Source: Squalus acanthias (taxonomy: Eukaryota). Taken from it: a stretch of 64,000 nt of DNA. A program made the translations under genes and the position numbers. The DNA lies in assembly GCA_030390025.1 (NCBI GenBank), contig CM059433.1:12960001-13024000 (forward strand). The letters are read 5' to 3'. Positions 55,084-64,000 of this stretch are shown here, in pieces; the stretch's first letter is position 1; every line of letters starts with the position of its first letter. The notes under the pieces were generated by a model. That model was not told the DNA's origin. It saw only the letters and a program-made list of their open reading frames with translations, and searched no databases.

Positions 55084-57265
55084 GGACCTCTTTCTGGTTT
55101 TAAGAGAGATCTTGCTAGGATGCCTCACGTTTTTTGCTGCTCTAATTTACCAGACAGTGTTGAATATCGAAACTTTATTTCTGTTACAAAAAAGGTGTTA
55201 TGCGTAGGAGACTTCATAATGATTTTATGTCCTGCTTTGAAAATAGTAATTGCATTTAATATATAGTTTTTAAAAACATTCACATTTTGTACGTTTTCAT
55301 ATGAGATGACATAGTGTAATATGCCATGTAATGTTTATAGCTGCCAACGTATGCACTTTTTTTGAGTGTATACTCTTGAATGGTTGACGGAACAAAAAAA
55401 AAATGAATAGGATATGAATTCTTTCAAATGCTTTACAAAAAGGGAAGGATTTAATATTACAAATTGAATTTGACAGATAACAGAAAGCTTGGGAGCATGT
55501 GAGCTATGATCTGACTATGTATCGCTATCACTTGGATACTCTGATTTTGTGTCTCATATGGGAGATTGTGTTTTACAGAATTTAAAAAAAAAAGAATTTA
55601 TGTGCATATTGTTTAATAGACAAGGATTGGTAGCGAAAATGCTCTAGTTTTGAACAACGCTTTAAAAATATTATGTGCTTTAGTTTTAAAAGGATTAACA
55701 TTAGGTGGGGACACTCAAATGAAATTATTGTTTTGGGATTTTAGAACAGTGAATGAAATAATGAGTAGCTTTAAGATTGTTTTAGTTAACGTTTGGTGAA
55801 TAGCCCTGCATCCTCACTATCCTGCATTACTTCTAGTTAAAATTTAAAAAAAAGAGCAGTGGGGTTAGTGGTAAAAACAAAGTAGCCCAGTGAGGGCCCA
55901 GGGCTAAAACTCCAAGACAAGATAACTTGACAGAAGGATTACTTACACACTGCACTGATTGGTGTTGTGACTTCAACAGCCTTCTAGGCCATAAGATGCT
56001 TACAGCAATGCACTTCAATGAACATAGGACGGCCACTGAATGCCACAGCACACTTTCTGTGAAGTTAATTTGTCTTGCAGTTTACAGTACATGTTTATCT
56101 GTACTATGGGTCTCTGTAGAAGGAAGTATGGGTTTTATACCTTATTAATAATTTCATCTGACTGGAAATTACAGGGTCACTGTCCCTAGAAACCTGCCAG
56201 TTCTACTTTGCACTTACCTTGTCCTATATCTCCAGTGTAATAAGGTGTGCAATTGCTGATGTCATCAGTCACATGACAAACGTTGCATGAGTCTGAACAA
56301 AAACGAAAGACAGAAGCCCGTGTAGCCACCGTTGCGGCGATAGCCATGATGGCAACTACTGGGAGGCAATGCTGTCCTGACAGGAAATATGATAAAAATG
56401 TTCAATGTGAATACATAATCCCAGCAGCACTTTATTCATAGTCGTTGTGCAAAACTTTGCAAAGTTTTCCCAATGGACAAATTCTTAACTAGCTGGGAAA
56501 AAAGATTCTGTAATTACTCTGGGTCTGTGCGGCATTGAGCCTGCACGGTGCCCACTTTCTGTTGTGCTATTAGTTGTAGCTGCCATGTTCAAAATTGCCT
56601 TTTTGAGAGCTAAAGCAAGGTGCTTGTCTTTCACCTTATGCCATATATATACATATATACTTGCCCTAGCCTCTTTTAGGGCTTTGTTCTCCATTGACTG
56701 CATATGCCTTTTTTTCCACTGCATTGTGTCTGCAGCTTCTATGCCAATATAGTAATGCTTTTAATAGAGTAAGAGCTAGTTTGACTTTTGGATTATTACT
56801 GTTCTCACCTATGTAAATGGAAAAGGGATTTTAAGCACAAATCTGCTGCTCATCTAATGTTGGTACATAATATCGAATCAAAACGTACCTGTGACTCCGA
56901 CATAGTGAACACAGATGTGTCACATATTAGAATGCTAACATTTCATAAGGATTATTGCAGATTCGTCAGAGTTTATTTATAATAACTTATTGTTCATATT
57001 CATTTCTAAGTTAATTTAAGTGATATTCATTTATTAAGACAGGATTTTGTATAAACTATTTATTGTGCTCTCTGTGGAACTGAAGTTTGATTTATTTTTG
57101 TACAACACAGCATGGATTTGTTGACATTTTAATTTTGCTATAAATGTGTGAAATCACAAGTTGCTGTGATGATTCATTTTTAAATTGTGAACTTTGTACA
57201 ATTTTGTCATGCTGGATGTTGACACATCTTACTATAAATAAAATCGTGTTGCCACATTTGTAGCA
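55084..57265 (+). other. MYT1L: Probable MYT1L 3' UTR (~2.2 kb, AU-rich, no recognisable repeats)
   Basis: Follows the stop codon and ends near AATAAA at 57237. The end coordinate is inferred. Confidence 0.65.
57237..57242 (+). terminator. Polyadenylation signal AATAAA (a second one at 57327-57332)
   Basis: Canonical hexamer at the end of the repeat-free tract, followed by U/GU-rich sequence. Confidence 0.6.
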
Positions 57266-58224
57266 CAGTGGTTCTCTGATCAGTGTTAACATTTTAACTT
57301 TATTGTATGTACTGGCAGCTGTGGCAAATAAATATTCAGCTAATATAATAAGTATTTCATGAACTCTGCCCTCTTATTGTCATACTTTTTGCATGCCAGG
57401 CCTTATCAGGCATGGACCTCGTTTATGCATGCAACCATGTAGTCTTGGGGCTTACTGGCCTTCCAGGGAGTTATGCCCTTGACGCTACCTATATAAAAAA
57501 AAAGCTCCAGGAGTAAGACACGAGGACACAGAAATTAGTTAAAGGCCACATAGCTTTTAAGAAAACCAGGATAATGGCAATCCAGACTTGACCCGAGGGC
57601 AGCCTTCTCCGTGGGAAGTCAAATTAAATTAAAATAAAACGCCAGAATGAGAAACTGCTCTCCCGCTGGCACAGCAGGTGGTTACAATGCCTTGGATGCC
57701 TCTGATTGCCGTGTATTATAGTCTGGCTGTGAGAGTGAGGCGAACCTGTCATTTCTCTGCGAGTCTTCCCTTTTACTGAAAGAGTGACAATGCCACAGCG
57801 AATGGGGGGGGTGGGGGTAAAAGTATTTTTAAATAAGAATACTTTCCACATTGTGTCAGCTTGTCAAGTAAATACTGTAATATTAAATATAATGTGTTTA
57901 ATTATTCAGTTAGTGGTGAAGAAATTATGGGCTTAAATCATCAACTGCTTTGAGGAAAAGTATAAGATGGGCAAATTCTAAATCAATTGGAGGCCTGTTG
58001 CTATGATAATCAAACCAGGTGCTAAATGATGCTGTCAGTGTGGCCTCTTTATTTTAAATTGTGTCATTGCTATGTATGTAAAGTTTTCATTTGTGTTCAT
58101 CAAGTCACCTATACTATCCATGTAGATGAGGTATTATAGTTGTATTCAGTCTTAGTTATACACAAAGGCACAGATGTTGGGGGCATTATTGTACTAGAGA
58201 TGTTAAGATATATGCACATTCATA

Positions 58225-58752
58225 AGTACACTTTAGGAAGGGTGTGAAGGCCCTTGAGTGGGTGCAGAGGAGATTTACCAGAATGGTTCCGGGGATGGGG
58301 GCTCTTAGCTACAAGGACAGGTTGGAGAAGCTGGATTTGTTTTCATTAGAGCAAAGGAGGTTGAGGGGTGATTTGATAGAGGTGTACAAGATTATGACGG
58401 GTTTGGATAAGCTAGACGGGGAAAGGCTGTTTCCACTAGTTGATGGTACAAGGACTAGGGGACATAGATTTAAGGTTTTGGGCAAGAGATACAGGGGGGA
58501 TGTGAGGAAAAACTTTTTTATGCAGCGAGTGGTGATGACCTGGAACTCGCTGCCGACGGAAGTGGTGGAAATGGAGACACTCAATGTTTTCAAGGGGAGA
58601 CTGGACAGGCACTTGAGGGAAATAAACTTGCAGGGCTACGGGGATAGAGCGGGGGAATGGGACTGACTGGATTGCTCTACAGAGAGCTGGCACGGACTCG
58701 ATGGGCCGAATGGCCTCCTTCTGTGCCGTATGACTCTATCTGACTCTATGAC
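58225..58752 (+). mobile_element. CR1 LINE 3' fragment
   Basis: ORF 58244-58666 and (gactctat)n tail. Confidence 0.9.
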
Positions 58753-60412
58753 TAAGTAGATACAGGTCATTAAGCCCATCAAGCCTGCCCCATCCAGATA
58801 AGATACAACCATTTAACCACTCAATCTCCTTGGAGAGGCAAAAAAAAGGAAAAGATTAGGAAAAGTTCTGGGAAAGAGCGGAGAGAAAAGTTGTGGGGAG
58901 AGGCATAGGACTTTAAAATAAAAGGTTGCTGGCCAGAACTGAAATGGGCAAATTAATTTTTGTTTTTAGTTGGTTGCAAAGGTTTTTAATTTTGATTAAA
59001 ATATGAAGTTGGTAGTAAGCACCTTCAATATACAAAGGGGAAAGCTAAGGTGCCTGCAGTCATTTTGTTTTTTAATTTTTGATACTTTTAATTTACCTAG
59101 TTTTTTTTTTGTAAAGAGCAGTGCATCCTCAGCGTCACCACACCAGTGAGGGGAGACAGGATATCAGCTGCATGGGGAGCTCGGGGCGCCGTATGAAGGG
59201 CCAGGTATCACATTCGGCGCAGCCAGCGCTGTGTAGTTATTGGGCAGGAGAGAGGATGCACTGCCGGGATCTAGCACATCGGGGAGGGGATGGCCCGACA
59301 TATCGGCCATGGTGACTGCACTGGCAGCCTATGGGGTAGGCAATATCGGGCCTGGTGGAGCGATTCAAAAGAAAACAACTTTTAGACAAATAGCACCAGT
59401 GAGGGGGACACATATTTATTCGAATTAAAAAAAGACATTTGGAAAGTGCATCTTTTTTCAGGGACAGCACTTTGTTGAGGCCCAGGGAAATCGGTGAGGA
59501 GAAGACCCGCAGGAGCAGGTAGGAGCCTGATCAAGTTTAAAATTTTAGAGGGGTGGGTGGGAGGCAAAACCCCAGAGAAGGAGAAAAAATAAACTTAACA
59601 TTACGTTGTTTAAAAAAAAATAGATAAAAGTTAAAACGCTGGCTTTGTTGAAGAGAAAAAAAAGATAGCGGACAGAGTCTGAACATTTCGAGAAACCTGG
59701 AGCTTCTAAAGCTCCATCTAGTGTAGAAATGCACAGTTAGCACTTGGACAGGTGTGACTGGAGGCCTGTGGCACCTAGTAGCTGCTCACTTAATAATCGG
59801 AAATCCTATCGAGGTGCCACCTCGAAGCATGATGGAAATGATGACATCCAAATAAGGAGTGTGCAATGCGCATACAGAATTTAATATGGATTACAAACAC
59901 TTTTTTCCAGGTTTGATATCTTGCAAACGTTCTTTATGTGGCAATGTATTCAGCTGGGTCAGAAAGAAAAAGTCAATGCTTGAAGCTTAATTAGCAGAGA
60001 CAGGCATTTCAGACACAGGTTTTTAGGCTGGTACAGAATAATTTTACAGCTAATGTGATTCTGTTTTTTATTTATTCGCTCATGCATGCATCAAGGCCAG
60101 CATTGATTACTCATCGCTAACTGCCCTCAAGAAGATGGTGGTGAGCTGCCTTCTTGAACCACTTTGCTGTGGGTCTGGAGTCACATATAGGCCAGACCAG
60201 GTAAGGATGGCAGATTTCCTTCCCTAAAGAACATTAGTGAACCAGATGGGTTTTTATGACAATCTGGTAGTTTCATGGTCATCTGATACTAGCTTTTTTT
60301 TAAAATTCCAGTTGCTGCAGGATTTGAACTTATGTTTCCCTGGATTACGCCAGGCCTCTGGATTACTAGCCCAGTATCATAACCACTATGCTACTGTACC
60401 TATCTTGTAGTA

Positions 60413-60634
60413 AAAATGAGAAGTCGCACAACACCAGGTTATAGTCCAACAGATTTATTTAAAATTACAAGCTTTCGGAGCTATCGCCCCTTCCTCAGGT
60501 AAAGTTACAACTTTACCTGAGGAAGGGGCGACAGCTCCGAAAGCTTGTAATTTTAAATAAATCTGTTGGACTATAACCTGGTGTTGTGCGACTTCTCATT
60601 TTTGTCCACCCCAGTCCAACGCCGGCATCTCCGC
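60413..60634. mobile_element. Fold-back PLE terminus (family C) with back-to-back hammerheads
   Basis: ~93-bp inverted arms; 11-bp duplication atcttgtagta (60402-60412 and 60635-60645). Confidence 0.88.
60465..60550. ncRNA. Two hammerhead motifs (family C): minus 60465-60502 and plus 60513-60550
   Basis: TTAC-CTGAGGA-A-GGGGC gaca GCTCC-GAAA-GCTT-GTAA and its inverted copy. Confidence 0.78.
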
Positions 60635-61087
60635 ATCTTGTAGTAGACTGCCCAGGGAAACAACTTTTACAGGAAGTTTTGCAGAAACCGGTACCATAAA
60701 GGAAGCTTGATAAGGATTTGATCTTTTCAAAGATTACTAACCTGTAAAATTAGATGCGCTAATAAAGAGTGACGCTCAAGGTATTTGATCTGATTTACAG
60801 GTGGACTTTTCCATACGTCACAGTTTGGGTTAGCACTTGCAACACTCCACACTGATAGGATTGCCAACCCTCAAGGATTGTCCTGGACTCACCAGGAATT
60901 GAAGATTAATCTCCAGAACACTGCCGCGGGCAACCCAGGAGAAACAAAATCATTGTGGCATTTAACAAAATTGTGTTTCTTTCATTTTCTTTGAACATTT
61001 TCATTTATTAGTTACAAAAATATTGGAGATGGGGGGAAAAAAAGGCTGTTTCACTAACAGTCAAGATTAATACAATTGGGTGACAAA

Positions 61088-63709
61088 GGGGGGAATTTTA
61101 ACCCCCAATAACAGGTGGGTTGAGGGCGGCTGGGTAGTTAAAAAAGGTCATTTTAGATTGCGACCGCAACCCGGCTCCAACGGACCCACTTCCAGGTTTA
61201 ACGGAGGTGCGTTTGGATGCCTGCGAGTAACCTACTCGCCAACGTTGGGGCCTTAATTAGTGCAGGCGGGCGAGTACTTATTGCAGCAATTAACGTCCTT
61301 AGGAGATGTTAATGAGGTCTTTTTGAATTGAATTTGACTAACCTTTAAATTTAATGTGTGCAGTATAGGTTTCCCGGATCTCGGGTAACCGACCAGGGAA
61401 ACGGAGGCGATATTGAGCTGCAGTTCAGGTGGGTAGTTAAACTTGTGATTGCCCCATCTGAATAAAAGCTCATTTATTACAGCTGGTGTCTCAGTTCCCT
61501 CTGGCAAATGCTTGGCAGAGAGATCTTGCGTTAATACAGCTTTTTCTTAACTTTGAAGGCTTTCAAACTGACACATCAGGATGGGAGGTGCGTTGGATGT
61601 GTTTGACAGCACATCAGAAGAGGAAGACCATCGCCATCCACGGCAGCGACAATGTGCTATGGTGGGATCAGCACATGGACAGGAGAGAGGAGCACAGGAG
61701 AGAGGGAGGAAGGTGTACAGGAGAGTGGTGTACAGGAGGGAGGAAGGTGTACAGGAGAGAGGTGTACAGGAGGGAGGGAGGAAGGGGTACAGGAGAGAGG
61801 TGCACAGGAGAGAGGGAGGAAGGTGTACAGGAGGAAGGTGCACAGGAGAGAGGTGCACAGGAGGGAGGGAGGAAGGTGTACAGGAGAGAGGGAGGAAGGT
61901 GTACAGGAGGGAGGTGCACAGGAGAGAGGTGTACAGGAGGGAGGTGCACAGGAGAGAGGTGCACAGGAGAGAGGGAGGAAGGTGTACAGGAGAGAGGTGT
62001 ACCGGAGAGAGGGAGGAAGGTGTACAGGAGAGAGGTGTACAGGAGGGAGGGAGGAAGGTGTACAGGAGAGAGGTGTACAGGAGGGAGGGAGGAAGGTGTA
62101 CAGGAGAGAGGTGTACAGGAGAGAGGGAGGAAGGTGTACAGGAGAGAGGTGTACAGGAGGGAGGGAGGAAGGTGTACAGGAGAGAGGTGTACAGGAGGGA
62201 GGTGCACAGGAGAGGTGCACACAAGGGAGGTGCACAGGAGGAAGGTGCACAGGAGGGAGGTGTACAGGGGAGAGGTGCACAGGAGGGAGGGAGGAAGGTG
62301 TACAGGAGGAAGGTGCACAGGAGAGAGGGAGGAAGGTGTACAGGAGAGAGGGAGGAAGGTGTACAGGAGAGAGGTGTACAGGAGGGAGGGAGGAAGATGT
62401 ACAGGAGAGAGGTGTACAGGAGGAAGTTGTACAGGAGGGAGGTGTACAGGAGGGAGGTGTACAGGAGAGAGGTGTACAGGAGGGAGGTGCACAGGAGAGA
62501 GGTGCACAGGAGGGAGGTGCACAAGAGGAAGGTGTACAGGAGGAAGGTGTACAGGAGGGAGGTGTACAGGAGGAAGGTGTACAGGAGGGAGGTGTACAGG
62601 AGGAAGGTGCACAGGAGGAAGGTGTACAGGAGGGAGGTGTACAGGAGGAAGGTGCACAGGAGGGAGGTGCACAGGAGGAAGGTGTACAGGAGGGAGGTGT
62701 ACAGGAGGGAGGTGTACAGGAGGGAGGTGCAGAGGAGGGAGGTGCAGAGGAGGGAGGTGTACAGGAGAGAGGTGTACAGGAGAGAGGTGTACAGGAGGGA
62801 GGTGTACAGGAGGGAGGTGTACAGGAGAGAGGTGTACAGGAGGAAGGTGTACAGGAGAGAGGTGTACAGGAGGGAGATGGACAGGAGGGAGGTGCAGAGG
62901 AGGGAGGTGCAGAGGAGGGAGGTGCACAGGAGGGAGGGAGGAAGGTGCACAGGAGGAAGGTGTACAGGAGAGAGGGAGGAAGGTGTACAGGAGGGAGGTG
63001 CACAGGAGGGAGGTGCAGAGGAGAGGAGCCGAGTCTAGGAGGTATTACCCATGAAACAGTGTTTACAGACAGAGGCTCAGGTTCCTTGACCTCTCAGAAG
63101 AGCAATGCTACCGCAGGCTGAGATTGTCACATCAGGTGGTGGTTGCAGGCATCTGTATCCTCCTAGAAGAAGACCTGCTACCCACTGGACCTGGTGGTCA
63201 CGCATTACCAATGGTTATGAAAGTGAACTCCGCCCTCAATTCTTTTGCCTCTGGTTCCTTCCAGGGTGCTACCAGAGACATATCGCAAGTCTCGCAGACC
63301 GCTGCACATAAATGCATAAAGCAGATGATGGCTGAATTGTTTGTCAGGGCTGGGAGTTATGTAAACTTTCTCTGCGATAATAATAGCCAGAATGAGCGGG
63401 CACTTGTTTTCACCCCTCTGGCTGGATTCTCACAGGTACAGGGTGCCATCGACTGCACACACGTAGCAATCTGAGCACCACCACAGCAACCAGGAGTTTT
63501 TATAAACCACAAGGGATATTCTTCCATCAATGCACAGCTGGTGTGCAACCACAAGAAGAGGCTCATGCAGGTGTGCGCCAGATTCCCTGGCAGCTGTCAG
63601 GATGCATGCATCCAACATTCCAGGCCTTTTCGTTCCAGGGAACAGACTTAAGAGCTGGTTTGTAGGAGACAAGGGATACCGCCTTCAAACTTGGCTCACG
63701 ACACCTGTG
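61088..63709 (+). mobile_element. Second decayed Harbinger transposon (left TIR and transposase pseudogene from 61581), cut by L2
   Basis: Left end ggggggaattttaacc; KVNSALNSFASGSFQ, FSQVQGAIDCTHVAI, then INHKGYSSINAQLVC...FPGSCQD; internal stops and frameshifts. Confidence 0.88.
61676..63025 (+). repeat. Purine-rich minisatellite: 15-bp unit ggtg(t/c)acaggag(g/a)ga with a 23-bp variant
   Basis: Directly visible; it explains the six overlapping stop-free ORFs. Confidence 0.97.
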
Positions 63710-64000
63710 TCATCCGCTGCTGAAACCCTCATCCATGCCTTTGTTACCTCTAGACTTGACTATTCCAACACACTCCTGGCTGGCCTCCCACATTCCACCC
63801 TACGTAAGCTTGAGGTCATCCAAAACTCGGCTGCCTGCGTCCTAACTTGCACCAAGTCCCGTTCGTCCATCACCCCTGTGCTCGCTGACCTACATTGGCT
63901 CCCGGTTAAGCAACGCCTCAATTTCAAAATTCTCATCCTTGTTTTCAAATCCCTCCATGGCCTTGCCCCTCCCTATCTCTGTAATCTCCTCCAGCCCCAC
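63710..64000 (+). mobile_element. L2-type LINE 3' fragment (runs off the window)
   Basis: Near-identical to 46638-46910. Confidence 0.88.

Noticed and set aside
61486..63121. Six long ORFs (419-522 aa) as novel proteins
   Set aside because: They arise from a stop-free minisatellite inside a dead transposase; the translations are pure repeat.

Overview
This is vertebrate genomic DNA, most likely from a cartilaginous fish, judged by HE1/V-SINE, Deu-domain SINE and shark-type CR1, Penelope and Harbinger repeats. The only host gene I can support is the 3' end of MYT1L on the + strand: six coding exons (7823-55083) encoding the last C2HC zinc fingers and the C-terminal coiled coil, plus a ~2.2 kb repeat-free 3' UTR. 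The introns are packed with nested transposons: CR1 and L2 LINE fragments, SINEs, six copies of a ~750 bp PIF/Harbinger-type MITE, two decayed Harbinger transposase copies (one with its Myb/SANT partner gene) and Penelope-like elements (PLEs). Most notable: (1) a 33 x 34 bp tandem array that is a multiplied branch-point-to-AG module running straight into a real MYT1L splice acceptor; (2) nine minimal hammerhead ribozyme motifs of two PLE families, with covariation, four of them in the MYT1L pre-mRNA sense; (3) fold-back PLE insertions whose ends coincide with the ribozyme; (4) Harbinger 3-bp target duplications repeatedly mismatched at the middle base; (5) inverted MITE pairs bracketing in-frame zinc-finger exons. 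All calls are by eye; no searches were run and repeat family names are from recall.
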